64,000 bases of DNA from Protoeuglena noctilucae. Lineage: Eukaryota. The stretch lies in assembly GCA_958009085.1 (NCBI GenBank), contig OY253675.1, positions 1 to 64,000 on the forward strand. The letters run 5' to 3'. Under the pieces are notes generated by a model. The model worked only from the letters and a program-made list of their open reading frames with translations. It searched no databases and was not told where the DNA came from. Shown here one piece after another: positions 13,794 to 25,300 of the stretch (its first letter is position 1; each line of letters starts with the position of its first letter). A program made the position numbers and the translations under genes.

Positions 13794-14865
13794 CGGCGAC
13801 GGCGGGGGGGGAAGACGACCGGGTGGACTGACTGGGATGAAACGATGAACCGTTGCTTGTGCCGCATGACCGACCGCGCTTTGATCCCGCCCACGGGTGT
13901 GCTCTGAAGAGCTCGACACTGCCGGCATGTTCGTTGAACAGGTCGGCCGTCGCTGTCAGCATGCGATTCGACGGGTGCGTCTGCCGAGTGGTCCAGGCGT
14001 TGCAGAAGCTTGGCGTCATGCTGCTGCACTCCCGCAGCAGCTTCATGCGGCCTGCCGCCGGCGGCAGGACTGTCGCAGCAGCGCGCTGGCAGGGGCGATG
14101 GCATGAAAGCGTCGATACGGTGGAACAGCGATTTGCGCCCGCCCCTAACGCCACCCCCTTGGTGGGGAGGCTGCCAGCGCGGAGGGCATCAATAACGCTC
14201 CAATAAGGCAACGTACGACAGGGTCCCTGCTACACCTGCTGCTTACCAGGTGAGAGCGGCTGTGACGCGTGCGTATGGCGACACCTCATGGACTGCATAA
14301 GGGCAGAAGGCTGACTTGCTGTGCATTTCGAGGCAGATGTCATCATGGAAAGGTGGGGTAGGCGTTCACGTCACACGCTGTTGCTGCGATGGGTGCGGGC
14401 GAGTTAGTCCAAAGGGACGCCTGGAACGGGCACGCACCGGCACCAGCGCTCCGGCGGTTGAATTCTTTACTAAGAATTACTGATGACAGTAATGACACGC
14501 GCACGGCGGCGTTAAGTCAACGCTGGCGGTCAACGCTGGCACCGCGAAAGTCAACGGTGGTGGTCAACGCTGGCGCCTATCGCCTCACGCGACGCCTGGA
14601 CGCCTCCCCCTAAGAAGGTCCCTAGCCAACGCTACCCATCGCCTCCACCGACGCCTGGACAAACGACAGCGTTTGTTGAAAAAAAGCCCGAACCGTTATG
14701 CCACCTCGTTCTCGTCGTCGTCGTAGTACCACAAAGGCTGAATAATCTTCTTTCCAGCATAAGCAGCTTGACACATGTTACATCCCGCGCGCCCGTGGTG
14801 TCCAGGGTCTATCGCCCGTTCAGACTGACTGACGCTTCAAAGGGCACACAGCTTAGGCCTCAGGC

Positions 14866-15045
14866 CTATTGCTCCCACACGGACGCCAGCAGGTCGAAGG
14901 CCTCCTCCCGTGCCGCCTCTGCATCCCTCTTGCTGGGCGCGTGCGACGCCCGCGCCGCCCAGTCCTTCCCCGTCTGGCCCACGGACTTGCGCAGGTTGTT
15001 CACGTTCTGCACCGCCCGCACGTAGCGCTCCGTGCCGACGCTCAG
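14866..15045 (-). pseudogene. 3' fragment of an unidentified coding sequence truncated by the telomere
   Basis: LSVGTERYVRAVQNVNNLRKSVGQTGKDWAARASHAPSKRDAEAAREEAFDLLASVWEQ* with 55/59 codons ending in G/C. TGTAA lies downstream (14778-14782, minus). No start codon; the frame runs directly into CCCTAA repeats. Confidence 0.6.
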
Positions 15046-15263
15046 GGTTAGGGTTAGGTAGGGTTAGGGTTAGGGTCAGGTTAGGTAGGGTTAGGTTAGG
15101 TTAGGTTTAGGGTTAGGGTTAGGGTTAGGGGTTAGGGTTAGGGTTAGGGTTATGGTTAGGGTAGGGTTAGGGTTAGGGTTAGGGTTAGGGTTAGGGTTAG
15201 GGTTAGGGTTAGGGTTAGGGTTAGGGTTAGGGTTAGGGTTAGGGTTAGGGTTAGGGTTAGGGT
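15044..15263 (+). repeat. Telomeric repeat array (TTAGGG)n with degenerate proximal units
   Basis: Tandem TTAGGG; variants TTAGG, TAGGG, TCAGG, TTTAGGG, TTAGGGG in the proximal ~120 nt; perfect distally. Confidence 0.97.
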
Positions 15264-15463
15264 NNNNNNNNNNNNNNNNNNNNNNNNNNNNNNNNNNNNN
15301 NNNNNNNNNNNNNNNNNNNNNNNNNNNNNNNNNNNNNNNNNNNNNNNNNNNNNNNNNNNNNNNNNNNNNNNNNNNNNNNNNNNNNNNNNNNNNNNNNNNN
15401 NNNNNNNNNNNNNNNNNNNNNNNNNNNNNNNNNNNNNNNNNNNNNNNNNNNNNNNNNNNNNNN
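15264..15463. other. Assembly gap (200 N)
   Basis: Run of exactly 200 N. Confidence 1.
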
Positions 15464-15554
15464 CCTCTCCCCCCTCCCCCTCACCCATGTCGTAGAGTCA
15501 TGCACACAAACACACAACACCCCCACATCTCCCTCTCCCTCTCATCCCCCTCAC

Positions 15555-18500
15555 CGGTGTCGTAGAGTCTCTTGGCCTCGATGGCGATGAGCTCCTGGAA
15601 GAGCCCCACCGTGGCGCGCTCGTGGTCCGCCACGAACGACTCCGCCGCCACGGCCTTGCGCACCCGGTCCCCCTCGGCGTTCTTCGCGTCGCAGGCGTCC
15701 CACAGCTGGTCCCGCAGCCGGTCCACCACCTCCACCGCCTCCGCCCGCACCGACGGCTGCTGGGTGGAGGGGGCGCGCTGCCGCACCTCCGCCAGTGCCC
15801 TGTCCACCATCGCCTGGCGCTCGTCGGGGGCGTGGAGGAACTCTAAGAAGGCAGCGCGCTTCGACACCAGGTACTGGACGTGGTCGGCGCGCTCGCGTCT
15901 CATGCGCGCGAACAGGCCGTCCAGGGAGCGCAGGTACGCCCCCTCGGCCTCCTGCCACGCGGACCATGACGCGCGCGCAGACTCGCGGGGCAGACGCGAC
16001 GCGGAGAGGGAGGGGGCCTCGACGTTGTCGCCCAGAGTGCTGGCGCGGACCGACGGGGCCACGGACGCGGGGCGGCCGCTCCCCACGCGCTCCGGGGTCT
16101 CGGAGCGAGGCACCGCGGATCCCTCCACGCCCTCGCCGCTCCCCGGCGGCTCCGGGCTCTCCGGGGAAAGGTCGTCCGGGCTGCCGGCGTGGGCGGCCGC
16201 GCGCCTGGCCTGCCTTACGGCGCGCTCGGCGGCGGTGCGGGCGTCGGCTGCCTGCTCCGCGGCGTCGTGGGCGCGGGAGAGCAGGTCGCGGACCTGCGGG
16301 AAAGGGTGGGTGGGGGGTGCATTCATGTACAAGACTCGGGACGTGCAGTGCGCGGAGCCGTGCAAGCGGCGTGGGGCAGGGCGGCATGCCATCGCGGCAG
16401 CAAGCGTATGTACGATCATTCCATGTCATCGTCTTCTACCCCACCCACCCCGTCACCCCCTCTCCTCCCCCACCTTGTCCCTGGCAGCCTCGGCCGCCGC
16501 CCGCGCCTGCACCGACGCCTCCAGCCGCGCGTCCGGCCCCTGCCCCGCGGCCGCGTCCATCGCCGCACGCGCCGACTCCTCCGCGGCCCGCGCCTCCTCC
16601 GCCGCCTTCGCAGCGCGCATGGCCGCCTCCTCCGCCCTCCGCAGCGCCTCGGCACACGCCGCGCTGGCGTTGAGCCTCAGCAGCTCCTGCGCCGCGGCTT
16701 CCGGGGACTCCGCGGGGGGCTCCTTGTCTTTGTCCTTGTCCCCCTTGCCACCCTTCCCCTTGGTCGGCTTGGCCGCGTCCCCCGACAGCAACGCGAGCGC
16801 CTCCACCTCGGCACGCTTAGCGGCGAAGAGCTCCTGTGCCGCCGCCTGCGCCGCCGCCTGCGCCTCCTCGGCCCTCTGCGCCGCCGCGCGGACGTCCTCG
16901 AGGGTGCGGGACAGGTCTGGGGGGAGAGAAGGGGTGGGGGTGGTTGGGGTGGGTGAGGGTGCGACTAAGTTGAGCAGAGGAGCCAAGAGCGGCAGCTGAC
17001 CGGGCACAGATGGGGCGAACATTTGATTATTAACAAGAAGGACAACAAGGGTCAACAGCAAAGCGGTCAGACCCCGCATGGCGTGTCATGCGACTTGCAC
17101 CGCACCCCCCCACCGCCCTCACCCCGCGCGGCCGCCTTGACCTCCCCCGCGGCCTCCCTGGCCTCCTTGAGTCTCTCCACACAGCCACGACCTCTCTCTA
17201 ACGCCTCCTCGAGCGCACAGTCCCCGTCCACCTCGGCCAGCAGCCCCGGGAAGCGCGCTGCCCACTCCCGCACCGCGTTTGCATTTGCACGGAAGGACGC
17301 CACCCTCGCCGCGACGGCAGCGGCGTCGTTGCTGGGCCCCGGCACCCCCTCGAGCCTCGCGAGCAGCCCCGGCTCGGTGGTGGGGGGCGGGCATGTCTCT
17401 GCGTGGAACACGCGCCCCGTCTCTGGGTCCACGCGCCTGCCTGCCGCCCGGTGCACTGCCTCGGACTCAGAGGCGAGGGATAGGAAGAAGAGGCCGTCGA
17501 GACCGGAGACGTAGGCGGAGGGGTCCAAGGAGAGCTCCGACTCGGAGGGGGGGGCCAGGAACGACGCCGACTGCGCCAACTCTGCGGTGGGTGGGGGAGG
17601 GGGGTGTACAGGTGATGTATATGGGGGGAGTGAGTGGTAAAGAGTCACAGGTATCACAAAGTGTTGTTTGAGTGCTACAGTGTTGACATGTCTAACCCTA
17701 CCCGCATGGTGGGTGCGGGCAGGATTGTGTCAAGATGGTGTGTATCCCCGTCAGTGCAGGCATCTGCAATAGCACCCCTCCCCCGCCTTCATCCGCTCTC
17801 ACCCCTGAGCCTGTCCGCGTCGAGTCCCGTGAGCCCCTTCTCCAGCAGCTTGGCCTGCTTCAGCGTGCGAGGGAACCCATCCAGCACGAACCCGCTCGTC
17901 ACCACGGGCGGCGACCACGCGGCGTCCTTCCCCTTCTTGGGCTTGGCGTCTTTCTTGGCTGCCTTGGCTTTGTCCTCCTTCTCCTTCCCCTTCTTCCCCT
18001 TGTCGTCCTTCTTGCCCTTATCATCCTTCACCGTCTCCAACGTGGCAGCAGACGCCTCCTGGGGAGGAGAGGGGGTGGGTGAGGGGGTGGGTGTGGGTGT
18101 GGGTGTGGGTGAGAAGCAGTGCATGTGTATGGTAAGAGGTGAGTGGGGGGCGGGTGAGGAGTGGTGCACATGTGCATGGATGAGGCGAAGTGGGGCACGC
18201 GGCGACGCCATGCCAAGCGACGCATTGACAGCGACTCCTCTTTCGCTCACACTGTGCTTGTCCGCCTTCAACCTGTGATATGACCGCATCCCCAGCGCGT
18301 GCCTCACCCGTGCCAGCTTGGTCCCCAGCGCCGCGACCTCCATCACCACCAGCCGCACCGTCACGTCGTCCGGCACCTCCTCCCCCTCCGCCAGCAGGTC
18401 CAGGCACTTCTGCCCCAGGCGCACCTCCTCCGATGAGGGGTCCACGGATGCGGAGTCGTCGGACGCGGGCTCGGGGGGGGGCTGAGGGAGATATGGGAAC

Positions 18501-21466
18501 AAGAAGCGTGGATACGCGTAACATGCATGGATGCATGGCATCCATTGGTTGCCACGACAGGCGCAGGTCATGGATATGCATGACACCGTCGATCCAAGCC
18601 ATGCTTGCCGTCATGGCTGGCACAGGCGGCCTGTCAGCTGCATCAACTCCAACGACGTCCAAACATATCCCCTCACCGGCGCTGCCTTGTCGCCCTTGCC
18701 GGTCGCGGGAGCGGGTGCGGGTGCAGGTGCGTCGGCCGCGTCCGGGGGTGGCGGTGGCAGCCCCCTCTCCGCCGCCAGCACCCGCGCCTGCGCCTGGTCT
18801 GCCTTGCGCGCCAACGCGCACGCCCTCGCCACCAGGTCTTCCGGGCGTATCACCAGCAGGCCGTAGTCCTGGGCGAGTGAATTGGCGATGGTGGACTTGC
18901 CGGAGAAGGGGGCGCCCACCAGCGCCAGCTTCAGCGGAAGGGCTGGGGGGGAGGGGGGGTGGGGAAGGGATTGAATGAAATGTGCCAAGCATACCATGCG
19001 CCATGCGTTATTTGGTGTTGGATCAAATGTGCAATGCGCCATGCATGATGTCCAAGCACCCCATCTCCACCACCTGCCCGCCCTTTACAGAACTCAGCTC
19101 ACCCGACAGGTCCGGGAGGGTGGGCGCGACCTCGGGCGCCGTGGCGGCCTGCATGACGCGGAGCAGCGTCGACCCCAGCTCCGGGTTGCGAGGGACGCGG
19201 TCGTCGGGGGCCTCCTCCCGCGCCCACTCCCCCGCTCCGTGCAGGTAGTGCTCCACCCAGGGGGGCAGCACCCGCTTGGCCCCGCCCGCCCCCACCGCCA
19301 GCCCCATCGACGCGTCGTCGTCGCCCTGCCCCAGCGGGGCGGAGAGTCCCTCCATGCGCCCCTCCACGAACATGGCCACCCACTCGTGGTACTCCTTGCG
19401 GGGCACCAGCATGTCGGTGCTCTCTCGGAACGCGGCGCACCGCAGGGCCAGGGCGCTGGGGAAGGGGGGGAGGGGGTCGGGGTGGATGGAGTGAGAGGGT
19501 AGGACGGTGTGGTGAGGGGTTGGCAGGGTGTGGTTGTTGGGGTGAGGGGGTGTGGATGGAATGAGAGGGGCTACAATTAGGCAGTTGAGCGGTGCACACG
19601 GGTGATGAGCATTCTGCAACTACCCCTGTCACCACTCTCCCATCCCAGACCCTCTCCTCACCACAGCCCCTCCGCCATCTCCCTGCAGTCCACCTCGGCC
19701 CTCCTCCTCTCCTGCGCCAGTCTCTGCTGCCGCACCCTCTCCGCCTCCGCCAGCTCCTCGGCATGCAGGCGGTTGTGACGCGCACGCAGCTCCTTGACCG
19801 CCTGGGGGGTGGAGAGAGGGGGGAGTGACAATGAGTCGAGGCCAGCGACAGGGAGATTAGGAGAACGCAACTATGTAACACATGGGGCAGTGCCAGGTCA
19901 AGCATTACGGTACGTGTGTCTTCGGTCGTGCGTCACCTCACCTCCGCCCCCCACGCATGCACCCATGCCCCCCACACCCCCCGTCTCTCTCTCTCACCTG
20001 CACTTCCCTGGCGATGGCGTCCTCCCAGTCCCTCTCCCTCCTCTCCGTGTACTGCTCCTCCCGCAGGCGCCGGTTCTCCACCATCACCTCCCGCTCGCGC
20101 CTCACGCGCCACAGGCGCTCGGCCACCCGCTGCTCCTCCCGGCTCTGCCTCTCCAGTATCTGCATCAGACCCTCCAGCTGCGTCTTCCGGTCCATCTCGA
20201 GCTGGGCGCTCTCCTGCTCCACCACCATGCGACGCCGACGCGCCTCCCGCTCGCGCCGCACCAGCACGTCCTCGCGGCGGCGGGCGCGCAGGGTGCCCAT
20301 GTACGCGTCGCTCTGGAGCAGCAGGTCGCGGCGATCAGGCGCCAGCTGTCGCAGCGTGCGCATGTGGTCTAAGGGGGTGTCGCCCAAGGGAGGCAGCACC
20401 TCCTCCGGCTCGGCGCGCTCCCCCTCCCCGCCCAGCCGCTGCAGATTGGCTTCGAAATTGTCGATGCCGCGCGCCACGTCCCCCGACGCGTCCTCGTGCG
20501 CCCGCCGCGTCCGCTGCAGCGCCTGCTCCGCCATGGTCAGCTCCACCCGCAGCTCCTCCCTTTCCAGATGCCGGCGCTGGTCTAGCAGGCCCTTGTGCGT
20601 CGCCTGCGCCTCCTTGGATGCGCGGGACCGGTCCGCACGCATCGACTGCATCAGGCCGTGCCGCGTGGACCGGAAGTCCCTCTGCTGTGCCTCTTTCGCG
20701 TCGCGGTCGGCGCGTGTGCCAGACTCCACCGCGTGGTGCTGGCGGAGCTCCTCCTCGAAGAATCGCTCCATGTGGAGGGCCTCGAGGATCTTCTTAGGAT
20801 TGCCCACCTGGGAATGGGAGTTGAGAGGGGTGATGGCTCAGCAGTGGGGTGCGTGACGCGCATGCAGCTAACATGCGCCCACTGCCCCCTCGCCTTGGTG
20901 CGCATGATGTCCTCGAACATGACTGCCTTGGACCTCTCGTAGTGCTCCTTGGCTGAGCGGTGCGCCTGCTTCTCCAGCACCGCGAACGACGGCCGGGTCT
21001 CCACGCTTGTCCGCGTGGCGAAGCGCGTGCTGAGGCGGGAGGCGGCCATGTTCTTCTGCAGCTCGTCGACCTTGGCCTTCACCGTGTACAGCAGCCGCGC
21101 CGCCACCCCCTTCTCCTCCGTCATGATGCTGTTGGCCGCGCGGCTGTCCAGGCGAATGCCCAGCTTGGACAGCGACGCCTGGAGACGCGTGAAGTTGTTG
21201 ATGCGCGCGTCGGGGGTGCCGCTCGCGTCGAACTTGTCGAAGTCCGGCTGCATGTTCAGCAAAGCCATCACGCGGCCCAGCGTGTAGCCCGACGCCAGCT
21301 CCTGCGGACACACCATCGCACGCAAACGCTGATCGCGGCGGGCCGGAGGGACGAGGGGACGGGTAGCGTTGCGCAGCATCAACATCCTCCTCACCTCCTC
21401 GAAACTCTCGGCCCGGACATCGCAGCCGACGTCCTCCCGGAGCCACTTGCGCAGAAGCTCGGCCAT
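15555..21466 (-). CDS. SPEF2: SPEF2/CPC1-like central-pair axonemal protein (CH domain + adenylate kinase-like domain); 3' end lost in gap
   Basis: MAELLRKWL...ELASGYTLGRVMALLNMQPDFDKF...RINNFTRL (CH-like), coiled coil, LVGAPFSGKST P-loop, GFVLDGFPRTLKQAKLLEKGLTG, GRRVDPETGRVFH lid, LRDQLWDACD...LIAIEAKRLYDT. Confidence 0.88.
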
Positions 21467-22336
21467 GGCGGGCCCGCGCGCGCCGGACCCACGGCGGCGG
21501 GGCGCAAGTGCAGCGTCTGCCGAGCCCTCTTCTTACGACCTAAGCGCCTGGGGACGCGGATGGGGGAATGAGGGGGATGGGCGGGCGCCCGGGGGGCCGA
21601 CAGCGACGCAGGCGTGTGCATGTGTTTCCCGCGCCAGGTGGCGCGAGCATCTCGCATCGAGACAGGCCGGAGTCAGAATATGGTGGATGCCGACGCGCAC
21701 AGGTCTCTAGGACGGTTCGGAGGCGCAGCAAGCCACAGTCCCGCCTTCCACATGCCCACAGGTGCGCGGGGACGGGAGCGAGCGCCGCGCAGGCAAATGT
21801 CAGGCGTCCATCTCTAATGCCTCCAGAGTCATGTCAGGTGCGTCAACATGCATCAGCAAGGGGCCTTGAGGGGCAGGCCAACATCTCGTTGCGCAACCTG
21901 CGCACCCCTCATGCCCCGAGTCCGAACGCGGGGTCCTATTAGCCGGCCAGGCTCAAGAGGCTCACCTGCTGGGACCCTCGCAATCTCCGCGGCTGCTTCA
22001 GCCCTCTCCGCATGCGCGGGCTATCAATGATCACGAGGGGACGCTGCCACAGCAAACTGGCTAATTGACAAACACCACAATATTCTTGTTAGCCAGCGGG
22101 GGCAGGGGGCCCGCAAACGACTCGCTGCTCGGGCGAAGCTCAGTTCTGGCGGAAACAATTCGATCGTTCCAGGCGCTGAGGCATCGCGCCGCATTCGCAC
22201 TCGCTTCGTCAATCTCTGAATTGAGCGCCACGCCCTGCCACTTGGCTCGCACTGTGCTTGTAGACCCGCTCCAGATTTGCACCGCGTCCGAGGGGACAGG
22301 AGACATGTAGTTGGTTGGGCATACGAGTTCGATACC

Positions 22337-25300
22337 ATGGAGTCCGATAGCGTGCGCGTGTGCATCCGCGTGCGGCCGCAGCTGCCGCGGTGAGTCCTCC
22401 GCGCTGGCCGGTGTCAGCATGTCCCGGCCATCCCCAGCTCGGAACTCGAGCCTCAGAGCAAGCGCAGCCCGCTGGCATCTAAGAATAAACTAAGGGGGCA
22501 CGCGCGAGGGTGTGCGCCGCTCGACATACCCACACGCCCCTCCGCGGCTGCAGAGAGTACAAGCAAGCGACGTGCGTCCAAGTGTTGCCGCCAAACCGCG
22601 TCCGCTGCGAGAACAGGGGCGTGTCTATGGAGAGCAACTTCGACCGTGTGTTTGGGTGAGCAACCGATGCGATTCATGCCCTCAGCGAGGGTTGGAAAAG
22701 CCATCGAGTCCGCACCGATGCACTCTGCCCCTGCCTCGCCACCGTGCCGGTGTCGCTGCACAAGCGGGCCTCGTTGTTAGTTAGATGAGCCAAGTATCTC
22801 ACTTCTCCTGGCCCATCCCCGCCTCGCCTGCATGGTGAACGTCCTCACAATCGGTCCCCTCGCCCGCAGCCCCGACAGTCGCCAGGAGGACATCTTCGAG
22901 GAGGTGTCCCCTTCCGTGGACCGTGCCTTGGAGGGCTACAACTGCACGGTCTTTGCGTATGGGCAGACGGGCACGGGCAAGACGTACACCATCAGCGGGG
23001 CGGACTACGAGCGCGGCCACGACTACCGGTGAGTCAGTGCGGATGCCTGGGGGGTGACTGGAGGGGCAGGGGCGGGGGTGGAAGCGATCCTGACTTGATT
23101 GATTGATTGAGTTACTGGTAGGACCATAGACGGGGTGCTCTGGTGACGGACGGGGTGCACCAATGTCGGTGGTCTCGCAGGTACCTGGCCAGTGCGGCAG
23201 AGAAGGGCCCAGGTTCCTCGGATGACGTGGGTCCCGAGTCGAGTGGTGCCACAGAAGGGGGAGAGGACGAGCTGGCGAGCACCGCGGGGCCAAACGAGGG
23301 AGGGGACCACAACAGGCGAGCGGGCATGGGCGCCTGGGCAAGGCAGGTGCACATGGATGACCGATCAATGTCTTCCATAGCAGAGCAAGGCAGGTGCAGT
23401 AGTGACACTCACTCGTCTTGTTAACACTCACTCGTCTTCCTCTGCTCACATAATTCATACAGCATCCCCCTTATCTCCCCAGCCCCGGCCTGGTCCCCCG
23501 CGTGGCCCTGTCGCTCTTCCAGCGCGCCTCGGCCCTCAGCCGGGGCGGCCGCCGCTCCGTGGCCGTGTTCGCCAGTTACCTGGAGATCTACAACGAGAGG
23601 CTGCACGACCTGCTGGAGCCCTACCGCCCCGATGCCACGCGCTTCCTGGCCGACCGGGAGCGCAAGGCGGGGCTGGCTATAAGGGACCTGCCCAGCACGG
23701 GGCCGTACGTGCCGGGGCTCACCGTGGCGCGCGTGAGGGACGCGGCGGGGCTGCTGAGCCTGGTGAGGGAGGGGAGAGGGGACTGGTTAGTAGTACAAAT
23801 GAGGGGGAGCAGCAAGTGTGGGGGGGGTGTTGAGGGGGGAGATATGAGAGCTGGTGTTGTTGGCTGCTTTTGTTACTTTTACTTAGCATTCGGGTTAGGG
23901 TAGCGCAATGCTGCACCCTCCATGCATCTCAGCCAATCCCACATCTCTCCCTCTTCCCCTCCCCCTTCCCAGGTGCGTCGCGGCAATCGCCACCGGGAGG
24001 TGCATCACACGCAGATGAACCAGCACTCGTCCCGGTCGCACACGCTGCTGCAGCTTAGCATCGAGCAGCGGTGGGACGAGGGGGGCGATGCCGAGGTGGT
24101 GCGGTCCAAGATCAACCTGGTGGACCTGGCGGGGTCAGAGGTGAGTGGAGTAAAGATGTTGTGTTATGCAGCCAGATGGCATGTAGTTGCGGGATTAAAA
24201 CTACGGACCTGGCGGGGTCGAGTTGTGAGTTGTGAGTTGTAAATTCCAATTGCGAGTTGCCACGCTTGGCTCTGACATCCCCCCCCACTCGTCCCCTCCC
24301 CAGCGCTGGGGCGACGGCGGCATGCCCGACGAGCAGGTGGCGGAGATGGCGTCGATCAACCAGAGCCTGGGCGCGCTGGCGTCCGTGGTGGCCGCCCTCA
24401 CCACCAGCGCCCCCTTCGTGCCCTACCGCGACTCCAAGCTCACCCACCTGCTGTCGGACAGCCTGGGGGGCAACTGCCTGACCACGCTCATCGCCACCGT
24501 GTCGCCCGCCGAGGGGGCGTTCCAGGAGACGCTGTCGACGCTGAGGTTCGCGGACAGGGCCAGGGCCATCGTCAACCGAGCGCAGGTGAGAGAGGGGGTG
24601 GGGATGGGGTGTGGAGACATGTAGTGTGGCAGAGGAAGTCGCGGTGATGCGGTGCATCATCACATCACATCAGTCGCCGTTCGCCATAGCTATGCTCAGT
24701 ATGCATCTCGGTGCATGTGACGACGTCCAAGTAATACCTGCCAGGCCAGCCATCGAATCTTGCCGTCGCCTCTGTTCCCCTTTTCGCAGGTCAACGCGGA
24801 GCCGGACCTGGCGGGGCAGGTGGCGGCGCGTGACGCGGAGATCGCGCGGCTGAGGGGTCTGCTGGCGGTGGCGACGGGGGAGGGGGGGGCGAGGGAGGCG
24901 GTGGTGATGGGGGACAGGCTGAGGCAGGCAGAGGTGAGGGGACAGTGATGGCAGTGGTGATGGGGGGCAGGCTGAGGCAGGCAGAGGTGAGGGGGAGTGG
25001 TGATTGTGGTGATGGGGTGGCAACAGGAGATGCTTTGCAATGGATGACAAGGCAGCAGTGTTGCTCAGGCCATTTCTCATATTCAACTATAACCTTATCC
25101 TCCTGTGCCCAGACCCGCATCGCCACCCTCCAGGGAGACGTGGCGGGGCTGCGTGAGGTGCTGGCATCCGAGAGAGCACAGAGGTGGGGACGCAAGGGGA
25201 CATGCATGGTTGTAGCATGCATCATCAGACCACAAACACGCTTTGCAATGTTGCCATGTGACGACACGCATGCTCGTGATATCATATCGTCATCAGACCG

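Noticed and set aside
14480..14550. Hammerhead ribozyme (CTGATGA ... GAAA) suggesting a Penelope-like element
   Set aside because: The bases after CTGATGA do not pair with those before GAAA, so stem II cannot form; no minus-strand core found.
15572..16999. Long plus-strand ORF (475 aa) and many other antisense or alternate-frame ORFs in the track
   Set aside because: Shadows of high-GC coding exons on the opposite strand; low-complexity translations with no recognisable motifs.
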